Source: a virus
Lineage: Duplodnaviria > Caudoviricetes
IMG/VR virus record: IMGVR_UViG_3300017700_000350
Location: 1-31,187 of that record
DNA: 31,187 nucleotides
Reading direction: 5' to 3' (one strand)
This document shows positions 16,495-25,799 of the stretch, in pieces (the first letter of the stretch is position 1; each line of letters begins with the position of its first letter). The notes beneath the pieces were generated by a model. The model was not told the origin of the DNA. It searched no databases and was given only the letters and a program-made list of their open reading frames with translations. A program made the position numbers and the translations under genes.

Positions 16495-17073
16495 CTATGT
16501 CCTCCGATACACAGTGTCATTTCCTATACGGGCCACGCTCTTGTAGCCGGGCAAGGTCGCTTTTGGACCCAAGCCCTTTTCTTCAAGCACGATAATAGGC
16601 GAAAACTTCTCAATTGTCGCTAGTGCGCCTTTGATTGCGTCCGCTTCCGCGCCTTCAATGTCCAGCCAGATCAGATCGCATTGATCTAGGTTCCAGTCAT
16701 CTATGGCCCATACCGGAACCGATCCGCCCGGCAGCGTCTTGTGTGAACCGCAGTTGTCCGTGTCGATGCGAAGGACGCCACAAGTCCCGACCTCAGAACC
16801 AAGAGCGGCATAGTAGGTGGTAACGTTTTCCGCCGTGACGTTGGCTACCAAGCAATCAAGGTTGTCCGTATCAGGCTCAAACGTGATGACCCGATCAAAC
16901 ACCTTGGCCAGCGCAAGGGGATAAACACCCACATTTCCGCCAGCTTGAACGCAGACGCGCTTTTCAGCCACCATCGGCAAGACGACAGGCATAGCCGCCG
17001 CGCACTCGCTAACCACCGCGTTGCGGCAGCGCACGTCAAAATCAGGCCACCAAAGGCCATCTATCTGTTTCAT
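16495..17073 (-). CDS. FkbM-family SAM-dependent methyltransferase
   Basis: VQAGGNVGVY, VITFEP, AALG, IDDWNL..CDLIWLDIEGAE..AIKGA..TI....PIIVLE; start MKQIDG by ATGA coupling. Confidence 0.9.
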   Translation of the reverse strand: MKQIDGLWWPDFDVRCRNAVVSECAAAMPVVLPMVAEKRVCVQAGGNVGVYPLALAKVFDRVITFEPDTDNLDCLVANVTAENVTTYYAALGSEVGTCGVLRIDTDNCGSHKTLPGGSVPVWAIDDWNLDQCDLIWLDIEGAEADAIKGALATIEKFSPIIVLEEKGLGPKATLPGYKSVARIGNDTVYRRT

Positions 17074-17150
17074 CGGCGCGTGTTCACAAAGATGCCGACA
17101 ATGAGAAGCCACAGCAACCAGATAGCCAAAAGCGCGCCTGCCCAAATCAT
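17070..17150 (-). CDS. 26-aa single-TM peptide (not in ORF track)
   Basis: MIWAGALLAIWLLWLLIVGIFVNTRR*; fills the gap exactly, with ATGA overlaps at both ends. Confidence 0.65.
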   Translation of the reverse strand: MIWAGALLAIWLLWLLIVGIFVNTRR

Positions 17151-18577
17151 GCCAATAGCCTTCCCATCGCCGGAATCAGCCCAGTCCCATGCGCTATAAC
17201 TTTCACGCCTCGCTCACGAAGATATAGCGCTTGCTGCTGATATTCCATTGCCTGCCTAATCATCCAGCGGGCACACAGATACCGCTTGTCGGCTAACACG
17301 ACTTCCATTGTCGGTTCACCGTCATTGAGGCTTTGCGAATAGGCGTGATGCTTGCCTTCAGCATACGAACTGTCGAAGCCGTACAGATGGATTTTCTTGT
17401 ACCCCGACAGCCATGCCAGATTGATTGCGCGAAGCCCCACAGTCCCGCCACCGGGGACTAGAACGCAAGGCCGCTGGTTAGGCCCTTCGTCAAACCACGG
17501 CTTGATAATCTCCATGAGTTCGTCACCCGAACCCATCGCGTTATGCCACAGAACAACATCATGCCCTGAAAGCGCGTCAAACACGCACGGATGAACCTGC
17601 GAGGCTAGAAAATAGCGCACACTTTTTGGCGCGTTTTCCACCATTGGCAGGTTTTCTTCCCGCGCATCCAACATGACGTGTGCGTCTGGCGTCACGCCCC
17701 GTTCCATGAGGAACCGCAGTGCGTTGTTTACGGTGATGACCTTTAGACCCCGGCGCTTGTGGTCTTTGATTGCCTTTACGCTGCCCGCAAGCGACGGACC
17801 ACCGCCAACGATGACACAGCCCTTCTCTTGCTCGCCAAAGCCTGAGAACCACGGCACGTCACGCAGAACGTTGGCCCGCACGTTCGCATAGGCAAAGTCA
17901 TGCGTTACGTTCATGCCCTTCAGTTCTGGCATGGCCGTAAACCCGCCAACCTTCCAGACACCCGGAACCCAACCGTCAGTGATAGCTTCAGGCTTAGGCT
18001 CGCCGTGGCATATGACAGCTTTAGCCGTCTCAGGAGGCCATGCAACGGCATTGCGATACGAGACGAACCATTCAGGCGGGAACGTCTCCCATGCGCTGAC
18101 TTGACTAATCCACTCTTGATCGCCGCCGTTGATCTGTCCGGCAGGGAGAAGGCCCTGAAGACTCTCCGTAGGACGGTCGATTACGTCTGATGTAAACCGG
18201 CCAAAAATGTCTCGGTGTTCGCCATGACGCCAGCGCATGACGCTGCTGTTATAGGTCGGCCAATGCCAGTCCTGAATGATGCCGTGCGGCAAACCCTCAA
18301 GACGGCCCGTAACGCATACGTCGAGGTCCATATAGAGAACCTCCGCGCCAAGAGGCCACGGCATATACGGCGCAAACAAGCCGACTTTAGCCCACCAGCC
18401 CGGCAACCATGATTCGTGCGGAATGGCCGTAATGCCTTCCGGCAGGCTGTCCGGGTCGTCCGTTAGGCACCAATGGCGCTGTTCCTCGGCCAGATGGCGG
18501 GCGATGCCGTCATGAAGGCGGGTGACGTACTCAATCGGGTATTTGGTGCCAACGCGGACACTGACGACGTTAATCAC
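17147..18577 (-). CDS. two-domain glycosyltransferase: GT-A (GT8-like) fused to Maf/DUF115-like domain
   Basis: N-half: GTKYP.EYV, GWWAK..LF, YMDLDV (DxD), NSSVM, GGDQEWI, HGEPKP. C-half: IVGGGPSL, TVNNA, PDAHVMLD, GGTVGLRAINLA..SGYKKIHLYGFDSS. GTG start after GGAGG. Confidence 0.8.
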   Translation of the reverse strand: MINVVSVRVGTKYPIEYVTRLHDGIARHLAEEQRHWCLTDDPDSLPEGITAIPHESWLPGWWAKVGLFAPYMPWPLGAEVLYMDLDVCVTGRLEGLPHGIIQDWHWPTYNSSVMRWRHGEHRDIFGRFTSDVIDRPTESLQGLLPAGQINGGDQEWISQVSAWETFPPEWFVSYRNAVAWPPETAKAVICHGEPKPEAITDGWVPGVWKVGGFTAMPELKGMNVTHDFAYANVRANVLRDVPWFSGFGEQEKGCVIVGGGPSLAGSVKAIKDHKRRGLKVITVNNALRFLMERGVTPDAHVMLDAREENLPMVENAPKSVRYFLASQVHPCVFDALSGHDVVLWHNAMGSGDELMEIIKPWFDEGPNQRPCVLVPGGGTVGLRAINLAWLSGYKKIHLYGFDSSYAEGKHHAYSQSLNDGEPTMEVVLADKRYLCARWMIRQAMEYQQQALYLRERGVKVIAHGTGLIPAMGRLLA

Positions 18578-18591
18578 GCATCCTCCAATGC

Positions 18592-18622
18592 AAAAACGGC
18601 CCCCCACAAACGCGAGAGGCCG
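18592..18622 (-). terminator. intrinsic terminator after the capsid/decoration genes
   Basis: CGGCCTCTCGC-GTTT-GTGGGGGGCCG-TTTTT on the minus strand; preceded by a second hairpin, CCTAGCCTC-CACT-GGGGTTAGG. Confidence 0.75.
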
Positions 18623-18670
18623 CTTAAGCTATCACCTAACCCCAGTGGAGGCTAGGATCAGGGACAGGCG

Positions 18671-18958
18671 CTAGAGGGCGGTCTGTTTGGCCCAGAAATA
18701 CTGGCCAGCAGCAACGCCGCCCGTGGTGTTGACCGTGAAGCCAGCCGAACCCGAATCCGAGGACGCGGAACCGGCAGTACCGATCAGGATGGTTGCAGTC
18801 GAAGAAAGGGCCTCCGAAGCACGGGCGTAAACGTGCAGACGCGCATCATTCGCCCGAATGGACGTGTTTGCGGCAAAGGCCGGAGTGGACGACTTGGAGT
18901 CGAGGTCGATCCCCAAGGTCGGAGTGGTCGCAAAGACCGTAGCGGCAGTGGATGCCAT
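18671..18958 (-). CDS. probable capsid decoration/cement protein
   Basis: Directly after the MCP, strong AAGGAG RBS, small, beta-type, Ser/Thr/Ala-rich, ends AGQYFW; before the terminator. Confidence 0.65.
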   Translation of the reverse strand: MASTAATVFATTPTLGIDLDSKSSTPAFAANTSIRANDARLHVYARASEALSSTATILIGTAGSASSDSGSAGFTVNTTGGVAAGQYFWAKQTAL

Positions 18959-18982
18959 TTTAGTAGCTCCTTTCTAGGGGGA

Positions 18983-19954
18983 TCAGGTTTGGAAGAGAAC
19001 GCCTTGGAGGAAGGCGTTGGACAGGGTCATGTTGCCCATCCACACAATGGGCTTCACCATTGCGTCTTGGTTGATGGATCGCACGTCTTCCAGCGGAACC
19101 ATGTTGCGCTCAACGTGCGGACGCCAATGGATATACCCGGTGTTGAGCATATACATGTGGTTGTCCGGGCAAGCGCCGCCGTAACCGCCGTCATACACAA
19201 CGTCGGTCCCTTTGTACTTCAGGGACACATAGCCAGCGTCAGCCTCGTTGTTCTGAGTGATGCGCTGAATGTCCTGAAGCGCCGACTCGTACAGGCCGAA
19301 ATAGTTGTCATCGGCCAGAATCAGGTCGGGCTTGTCGGTGCCACGCGAGCAGTTGCGGTACAGCGTGTTCATAAACCGCACGATGTTAGCCGCCGTAGCA
19401 GCCGAACCGCCGTCCGTGGTCGCGCTGAACTTCTGATTACGCCAGAAGTTCCAAGTGGCACGGTTGATGCCTCCAACGGTTCCCGTGGTCGGGTCGTCAG
19501 CCACAAGCAGTTGCAGGCCACCGATCTGCTTCCCACCGGACGCAGTGCCGTTGGAGTACAGGTCTTCAGCCACACCGTTCTGCATGGTCTTTTCCGCGTT
19601 TTTGATGCGCGAGGACAGCAGGTCAATGATGGCGTCTTTGCCCGAGTTTTGCATTTGCTCAAGGCCGCTGATCGTGACGTTCACCGCGATCTGCTTCCAG
19701 TCGAACTCAGCAGCCGTGAACACGTCGCTAGGCGAAATGTTCAGGACTTCGTAACCCGAGTAACGCTGGTAAGTGACGTTCTCGGCGTATTCTAGTTCCT
19801 GAAGGATAGTGCGGCCACCCGACACCGGCTTGATGGTGCCGCGCTTGTTCATACGCGACAGAATCGCGTTGTTGTTCGTGACGTTATCGGCCAGCTTTCC
19901 CGTGCGCGAACGCAGGGTGGTGGTGGCCAGTTCAGTAAGGTTAGGGGATGCCAT
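18983..19954 (-). CDS. major capsid protein
   Basis: 323 aa after the scaffold; LADNVTNNNAIL...SGGRTI...LYSNGT..GKQIGGL...GGINRATW.FWRNQ pattern; strong codon bias. Confidence 0.9.
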   Translation of the reverse strand: MASPNLTELATTTLRSRTGKLADNVTNNNAILSRMNKRGTIKPVSGGRTILQELEYAENVTYQRYSGYEVLNISPSDVFTAAEFDWKQIAVNVTISGLEQMQNSGKDAIIDLLSSRIKNAEKTMQNGVAEDLYSNGTASGGKQIGGLQLLVADDPTTGTVGGINRATWNFWRNQKFSATTDGGSAATAANIVRFMNTLYRNCSRGTDKPDLILADDNYFGLYESALQDIQRITQNNEADAGYVSLKYKGTDVVYDGGYGGACPDNHMYMLNTGYIHWRPHVERNMVPLEDVRSINQDAMVKPIVWMGNMTLSNAFLQGVLFQT

Positions 19955-19965
19955 TTAACTTTCCT

Positions 19966-20985
19966 TTAGGCGTTTCCTGCAAGCTCGTCCCAAGCTGCAA
20001 GAGCGTCGCCCTCAATGGTGCCATTTGATCGGTGAATCGCGGCTTGACCCGGTGATCCGGTGACGCTGACTGCCGCCCGCCTCGCTTGCGCCGCCTTGCC
20101 TTGCGTATCCACCGCCGGGGCCTGCGTCGTTTGCAGGAACGGGCGAATGTCTGGCCTCATCCAACAAGCCATTTCATACGCTTCCTTCAGGTCCGCAGCC
20201 TTACCGTTATGCAAGAGGACCGCCATGTCATCGCGGACGTTCTCAAAATACAGATTGGCAGGGTCGTTCTGGAAGGCGTCGATCTGGCTCTTAAAAGGCG
20301 CGGTTTGCGCCTCTTGGACTTGGCTTTGCAGGGTTTGGAGTTGCTGCTTCAGGAAGGCAATCTCTGGATGGCTGTCCGGTGCGGGCTGGGCCTGTTGAGG
20401 CTGTCCCTGCGGCTGGGCCGTATTCAAACTCACGCCATACGAACGGGCCAGAAACTCTAGCCCCTGCCGTGGATCGCGCTCTAGCAAATCTTGAGCCGCA
20501 AGCAGCGTCTTGATTGCCGAAGCCTCATCCATCCCTTGAGCCGCCCATACAGCGCGACGCGGGGCAATGAGTTGTTCCAACGGTTCGTACCGCTTCACTT
20601 CCTCCGACTTGCGCCGCAGTCCGTGGTCGATCTCTTGCTCCCGCTTTGCAACGGCCTGTTGCACTTCAGGAGGTAGAGCGTCAAACCCGGCCTTAGCCGC
20701 AACTGACCATGAAGCCGGGGCGCGGATGGCGAGCTTTACAGCAGGGTCCGCGACTGCTTCCGAGGGCTGGTCGGGCGTATCTTGCACCGTTTCAGCCGGT
20801 TTTGCAATAAACTTGCCGTCTGGCCCGCGCTCGCGTTCGTCTGCGGACTTTTCGTCAGCTTCTAGGGCTGGTTGAGCCTCAGCAATGATAGCTTCAGGCG
20901 CTACCACCACTTCCTTTGCCGGTTCCGGCGCATCATCCGCAAGCGTCTCATAAGCAGCCCGAATGTCGTCTTCCATATCGCTCAT
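19966..20985 (-). CDS. capsid scaffolding protein
   Basis: Acidic disordered N-terminus with RGPDGKF, APASW...LPPEVQ..V.KRE motif, helical body; directly upstream of the MCP. Confidence 0.8.
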   Translation of the reverse strand: MSDMEDDIRAAYETLADDAPEPAKEVVVAPEAIIAEAQPALEADEKSADERERGPDGKFIAKPAETVQDTPDQPSEAVADPAVKLAIRAPASWSVAAKAGFDALPPEVQQAVAKREQEIDHGLRRKSEEVKRYEPLEQLIAPRRAVWAAQGMDEASAIKTLLAAQDLLERDPRQGLEFLARSYGVSLNTAQPQGQPQQAQPAPDSHPEIAFLKQQLQTLQSQVQEAQTAPFKSQIDAFQNDPANLYFENVRDDMAVLLHNGKAADLKEAYEMACWMRPDIRPFLQTTQAPAVDTQGKAAQARRAAVSVTGSPGQAAIHRSNGTIEGDALAAWDELAGNA

Positions 20986-21311
20986 AACCTAGCCTCCAAC
21001 TGGTCGTATGTGTTTGAAATATCCTGCTTAAGCTCGCGCTCGCACATTTCCTTTGGCGCAGGGGCAGTCAGCTTCTCATTGCCGACAATCTCGCATCCCG
21101 CATCCTTCACGCCCCGGTAATAGGCGGAACGGCTGTCGTACATTTGCCCGTCCGCATGGTTCAGGATCGGGTCCATACCGTCCGATCGGATTGCGGGCAT
21201 AGGCAGACTAGACCGTGCCTTGCGAAACTGCTCTAGGCACTCACGCGGCCATTCCGAGACTTCGTGCATATCCCCACACGCCCGGCAGATGCGATAGGTC
21301 GCCCGACTCAT
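20982..21311 (-). CDS. small CxxC-containing head-module protein
   Basis: CRACGDMH; DGQMYDSRSAY...GCEIVGNE; coupled between portal and scaffold. Confidence 0.7.
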   Translation of the reverse strand: MSRATYRICRACGDMHEVSEWPRECLEQFRKARSSLPMPAIRSDGMDPILNHADGQMYDSRSAYYRGVKDAGCEIVGNEKLTAPAPKEMCERELKQDISNTYDQLEARL

Positions 21312-21568
21312 ACGGCAAACGTTCCCATAGCCGACCAGTTATCAAACCCTTGGCTTTCCGCAAACGCTTGCATGGCCTCGGTCAAGTTTGTGTAACTCGC
21401 GCTCAACCGGCTATTAATCCAAAGCAGTTGAGCCTCATTGAAGGTGGCGCCAGCCGGAACGGTGATTTCCGCCTCAATCATTAGCCTTACATCGCCGTTG
21501 TAGCTATTCGCGGTCGGCGTCAGGCTGATTTCCCGCGCGCTGGCTTGTCTCAATCCCTGCTGCGTCAT
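21308..21568 (-). CDS. hypothetical protein after the portal
   Basis: Coupled to the portal stop; start is ATG 21568 or GTG 21571. Confidence 0.7.
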   Translation of the reverse strand: MTQQGLRQASAREISLTPTANSYNGDVRLMIEAEITVPAGATFNEAQLLWINSRLSASYTNLTEAMQAFAESQGFDNWSAMGTFAV

Positions 21569-23646
21569 CACGCAATCCCTTGCGGGGTTGGGTCACGGGA
21601 GAGGGCCGCAGCCTTCACCGATAGCTCTTGGCCTTTGAGTTGCAGTTCAGCCATGCCAAGCTGGCCTTCCATTTGGGTACGCTGTTGCTCGATCTGCGCC
21701 TGCATTTGAGCCGTCTGCGACTTCAGTTGCTCAACCTGTATCGCGCTTTGATCGGGCGGTTCAGGCGGGGGAGGCCCCGGAGGCGCAGCAGGCGGTTGCG
21801 CCTCAGCTTGCTCAAACACCTTATCAATCACGCCTTCCATCGACCGGCTGACGTTAAACGTGCGCGCACCTTGCTTCAGGATTTCCGCAAACAGCGGAGC
21901 CGTATAGGGGGCTGTAGGCACGATGCCAGCCGCAGCAGACATCAGCCCGACCACCGCGCCCGTGAACTCGGTAAACGCCAGTTTAGCTGCGTTCTCATCA
22001 GGCTCGACCGTGCTGTCTGTCTCAACGTCAATGCGGAACGAACGCAGCGCGTCGTTCTTCAGCAGGGCTTGCACGTCGTCCCACGTCGGCTCTTTCATAA
22101 GCGCCAGCATTTCAGGAGGCGGGGCCATGCCGGGCGGGATAGGCATTCCCGCTTGTTCCGCTTGCTGGATCCGCGGCATGATCTGCTCAATCTGCGCCTT
22201 CTCAGCCGCCGTTAGCAGTTTAACATTCGTCATGGCCTTCAGCGTATCAATGCTGAAATGCTCCGCGATAATCTCAGCTTTCAGCCTGATTGCGTCACGG
22301 CAGAACCGCTGCAAATCCCGTTGACGGTCACGAACCCGCAACGAACCCCATTGGCCTTTGATCCGTTGCGCCGTAGCAGTCTCACTCGGGTTGCTCTCAC
22401 CCCGGATAATGTCAGACAGGCCCGTGATTTGGTAAATGTCGTTTAGGACTTGCGAGCGCGCCTCATAGCAGCCCTTCAGCACCTGAATGACCATATCCAC
22501 CGGCACCCACTCAATCAGGCCACGGACGCCACCCTTTTCTTTCCAAAGGTCAAACGTATCAATCGGGATGAGTTTGTTCTCATTGCCCGGCGAGAACACC
22601 AACTGAAGCTCTCGGTTGGCTTCACCGGCATACACACCCACCATCCGCAGTGCATCTTGCAGCTTGCCAATGCGGGCCGTCAGTTCGTCCAGTTCGTCGG
22701 CCTGATCCTGATACTGCACATAGTCCGCAACCGGAATCGTGCTGTCGTTGCCCGTCGTGGCGTTCAGAGGCGGCGGGCATGGGAAAAAGTTGTTAAGCCC
22801 AAGCGGGTCTTCCCGCTGGTCGAGAACCCCGTTGGTATAGCCCTTGCACACCCAATAGGCGGTCTTTGACGGCTTGTCCCAAATCTCGTAAACCTCGCCA
22901 GTCTGGTTGGCTTGCTTTTGAGCATCCGTCGCCGTGTCAGAGCCGGTCGAGGTCGTGGTGATCGGGACGTTCTTCGCCATTTCAGCGCCGAAGCGTTCCG
23001 TCAGTTCAGCTTTCGTCATATAGACGCGCCGCGCCACCCACCGAACTTCCGCCCATTCACGGGCCGGGTTCGTCAGCCAGTCTTTCCACGCAACGTGGTC
23101 GCACTGGACTTCCTCATAGACGACGGTTTCGCCAACCTCTCCGACTTCGTTGCGGTCAGCGTCTTCCTCACCCTCGCCTAGCTCCGGGTCATCCTCAGCG
23201 TTGAGCTTTTCCATGTGCGGGATGTAGCGCACCCACACCTGACCACGGCCCGGCAGCAGATAGTCCAGAACGCACAGCTTCACCCGGCCATCAAAGTCGT
23301 ACTGGTCAAGGCTGAACCCTAGCGCGCGTTCCAGAACGTCCGATGCGACCTTGCCCACCGGGTCTTCATCCCGATAGCGCCGGTCAACCATTGGCTTAGG
23401 CTGCTTGGCGTAGATAGCGGGCTGAAGGGTCGAGACGTTAGACCACAGCACGGCAAAACGCCGCTTGGCATAACCAGCAGACGGACGCCCGCCGCCCCTG
23501 TCGCGGTTCTCATTCTTGTAGCGGCGCACAATGGCGTCGCCAGACTTCCAGAACGGTTGAAGCTCGCGCTCAGACAAGCCGATTTCGTCAATCCACTTGG
23601 AGACAAGGGCAATACCAGCCAGATTATCGGGTTCGTCGGGAAGCAT
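21568..23646 (-). CDS. portal protein (P22-like)
   Basis: ~690 aa after terL; ITGLSDIIRG...ETATAQRIK, FRIDVETDST, Gln-rich coiled C-terminus; GAGGGG RBS before MLPDE. Confidence 0.9.
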   Translation of the reverse strand: MLPDEPDNLAGIALVSKWIDEIGLSERELQPFWKSGDAIVRRYKNENRDRGGGRPSAGYAKRRFAVLWSNVSTLQPAIYAKQPKPMVDRRYRDEDPVGKVASDVLERALGFSLDQYDFDGRVKLCVLDYLLPGRGQVWVRYIPHMEKLNAEDDPELGEGEEDADRNEVGEVGETVVYEEVQCDHVAWKDWLTNPAREWAEVRWVARRVYMTKAELTERFGAEMAKNVPITTTSTGSDTATDAQKQANQTGEVYEIWDKPSKTAYWVCKGYTNGVLDQREDPLGLNNFFPCPPPLNATTGNDSTIPVADYVQYQDQADELDELTARIGKLQDALRMVGVYAGEANRELQLVFSPGNENKLIPIDTFDLWKEKGGVRGLIEWVPVDMVIQVLKGCYEARSQVLNDIYQITGLSDIIRGESNPSETATAQRIKGQWGSLRVRDRQRDLQRFCRDAIRLKAEIIAEHFSIDTLKAMTNVKLLTAAEKAQIEQIMPRIQQAEQAGMPIPPGMAPPPEMLALMKEPTWDDVQALLKNDALRSFRIDVETDSTVEPDENAAKLAFTEFTGAVVGLMSAAAGIVPTAPYTAPLFAEILKQGARTFNVSRSMEGVIDKVFEQAEAQPPAAPPGPPPPEPPDQSAIQVEQLKSQTAQMQAQIEQQRTQMEGQLGMAELQLKGQELSVKAAALSRDPTPQGIA

Positions 23647-23669
23647 GGCCCCTCGCAAGCGTTCGCGGG

Positions 23670-23698
23670 AATGTATCGTGCGCGGGACCGCTTGTCGA
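23670..23698 (-). promoter_or_regulatory. possible promoter upstream of the portal gene
   Basis: TCGACA-17 nt-TACATT in the 60-bp terL-portal gap; TCCCGCG occurs twice nearby. Confidence 0.4.
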
Positions 23699-23706
23699 TA
23701 GAACGA

Positions 23707-25026
23707 TCATGCGCGCTCATAGCCTGACTGTCGGGGCTGGTTATCCAGCAAGTCATTCCACGTCATATCACGAACGCCGCGCAAGGGCTTCTCAGCCTCT
23801 TTGACTTCCGGCTTGATCTCCCGATAGGCCATCGCAAGGTATCGGAAGGCGTCCGCAGCGTGGCTAGTCCAATCGTGCTTAGGCGCATCACGGAACACGC
23901 GGGCCTTCTCATCATAGTCCGCTCGATACTGGCGCAGGCACTCAAGCCCGGCCTTGCACTTGTCCCGGTCAAACCAGATGCGTGGGAACAGGACACGGGC
24001 AGCGTTCACCCCGTCTAGTACCTTGTGCGACGGAACCAGCTTGGGCTTGAGCTTCAGGCCCGCCATTGTCTCAATCCGCGTTCGTCCGGTGCCTAGTTCG
24101 CGCACCCTCGCATCATGCGGAACCCAATCGGCTTCATAGCGATACGGCTTGGCCTGTAAGACCTTGGCGTAATGCTCAATGCTCTCGCCGCTGGCCTCAT
24201 AGAAGTCGATCACCCGTATCTCTGGGCCATGTGCCTGCCAGAACCAGATTGCCGTGCTGTCTCCAATGCCAAGGTCCCACGTCGTATAGACGGGCAGCGC
24301 GGGATCATGCGGAACATCCGTGATACGCCCGGCTCTCTCAGCCTCAGCCATATCCTTACCGTAGTAAGCGCCGATGATTGCCGCCTCAAAGCTGCACTCA
24401 AACTCTTGCTCATACTGCTCTGGCGTCATTTCCCTAGCAGCGGCGATCAGTTCGCTTTGCGGCAAGATGCCTGTCTCAGACGCAGGCAGGAAGAACGGGA
24501 ACCAATCAGGGTCACCCTTGGCCCGCTCAAACAGGTCGAAGAAGGCATTGCGGCCTTTAGGCGTGCCGATGAACGTTGCTGTTCCCTGACGGTCTGCCAG
24601 CATGGGGCGGATGATTGAGCCGAAGATGCCGGGATACATATCCGCGTACTCGTCCAGCGTGGCGTCATCCAGATAGCCACCACGAAGGGCATCCGGGTTG
24701 TCAGCCCCATAAATCTTGATGCGCTTGCCGCCGATCAGTTCGACGTACAGTTCCGACTCATTCGGAGGCTTGGCCCAGATCGGCTGGCTGTACCGTTTCA
24801 GATATTCCCATGCCACGTCCTTAGCCTGCTTCAGATACGGCGCGAGATAGGCCGCACGATAGTTTGGCTTATCGGAGACCACCGCATTGCGTATCATGTC
24901 ATTGATGCAAGCCACCGTCTTCCCACAGCGCCTGTGAGCCACGCCGATAGCAAAGCGTTGCGTTCGGTTGTGGAACGGCAGGAACACCCGGCGAGGGGCG
25001 TAGGGGATTACTCTGGTTTCAGCCAT
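23707..25026 (-). CDS. terL: terminase large subunit
   Basis: AHRRCGKT Walker A, LRG..LD.ATLDE Walker B, FIGTPKGRN coupling motif, WDLG..D and HDWTSHAADAFRY nuclease motifs. Confidence 0.97.
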   Translation of the reverse strand: MAETRVIPYAPRRVFLPFHNRTQRFAIGVAHRRCGKTVACINDMIRNAVVSDKPNYRAAYLAPYLKQAKDVAWEYLKRYSQPIWAKPPNESELYVELIGGKRIKIYGADNPDALRGGYLDDATLDEYADMYPGIFGSIIRPMLADRQGTATFIGTPKGRNAFFDLFERAKGDPDWFPFFLPASETGILPQSELIAAAREMTPEQYEQEFECSFEAAIIGAYYGKDMAEAERAGRITDVPHDPALPVYTTWDLGIGDSTAIWFWQAHGPEIRVIDFYEASGESIEHYAKVLQAKPYRYEADWVPHDARVRELGTGRTRIETMAGLKLKPKLVPSHKVLDGVNAARVLFPRIWFDRDKCKAGLECLRQYRADYDEKARVFRDAPKHDWTSHAADAFRYLAMAYREIKPEVKEAEKPLRGVRDMTWNDLLDNQPRQSGYERA

Positions 25027-25430
25027 GTGACCGCGATAGCGCCGCCGTCAGGTCCAGATACTTCCTGTTGCAGCTTGTCGCCGTACTTCTTGGGCAGCAG
25101 TTTGGACGCAACCCACTTGCGAGCGTCAATCCGTAGCCTGTCACGGGCAACGTCAATCGCGCTAGGGTCGGCACACGACACACCATCAGCGATGGTTACG
25201 ATTTCATCAGCGTGCGTCTCGGCCTGAACTTCTCTTGCTCTCGCGTATTGTTCCCGAAACTCAGGCTTTTCGCTAACCCACCGCAAGATTGTGCCGATGG
25301 ACGGCATCCAATCATCACGATCAGAAGCACAAATAGCCCGCAACGATTCCCCGTTAGCGAGCCTTGTGCAGATTTCGTCCGCCAGTTCCGGCGTGTAGTC
25401 AGAAGGTCGGCCTAGACCGGCCATCTGCAT
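25008..25430 (-). CDS. terS: terminase small subunit
   Basis: GRPSDYTPELADEIC.RLANGESLR.IC...PS..TILRW...FREQYARARE...RIDARKW..SKL.PKKYGDK (Sf6-like). Confidence 0.93.
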   Translation of the reverse strand: MQMAGLGRPSDYTPELADEICTRLANGESLRAICASDRDDWMPSIGTILRWVSEKPEFREQYARAREVQAETHADEIVTIADGVSCADPSAIDVARDRLRIDARKWVASKLLPKKYGDKLQQEVSGPDGGAIAVTWLKPE

Positions 25431-25508
25431 CTCCGTGGTTTGCGTCTAGGCTTAAGCCGTAGCGGGGCCTTAGAGCGGGGATGATGATGCCCTAGAGGGC
25501 TTGGCGGG

Positions 25509-25796
25509 TCAAGGGTTGGCGGGTTCGCTCAGGATTGCGTCGATCATGGCGGCCCAATCCTGCGCGGCACGGTTTTTGTTCATCGTCCCCGATGCGGTCG
25601 CCAACGCCCACGCGGTTTCGTTGTCTGGCTCCCTTATAGCTTGAAGGGCAGCGCGGGCGTCGTTGATTGCGGCCTCTTGGTTGTTGGATGGCTTGTCGAT
25701 CCCTAGCCGCGCCATCCGGGCCGTCGCCGCCTCCCACGGCTCCGCTGTTTTGCGCGCGTAAAGCGCCCTTGCAGCCTTCTCCAGCATCGTAGTCAT
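25509..25796 (-). CDS. hypothetical phage protein
   Basis: MLEKAARAL...ARAALQAIREP...WAAMIDAIL pattern typical of small alphaproteobacterial phage proteins. Confidence 0.7.
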   Translation of the reverse strand: MTTMLEKAARALYARKTAEPWEAATARMARLGIDKPSNNQEAAINDARAALQAIREPDNETAWALATASGTMNKNRAAQDWAAMIDAILSEPANP

Positions 25797-25799
25797 GGC

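Noticed and set aside
18959-18985. Capsid read-through or frameshift fusion to the decoration protein
   Set aside because: TGA is followed by an in-frame TAG three codons later, no slippery heptamer is seen, and the downstream gene has its own strong RBS.
18833-19795. 320-aa plus-strand ORF opposite the capsid gene
   Set aside because: Antisense shadow caused by codon bias; no motifs or RBS.
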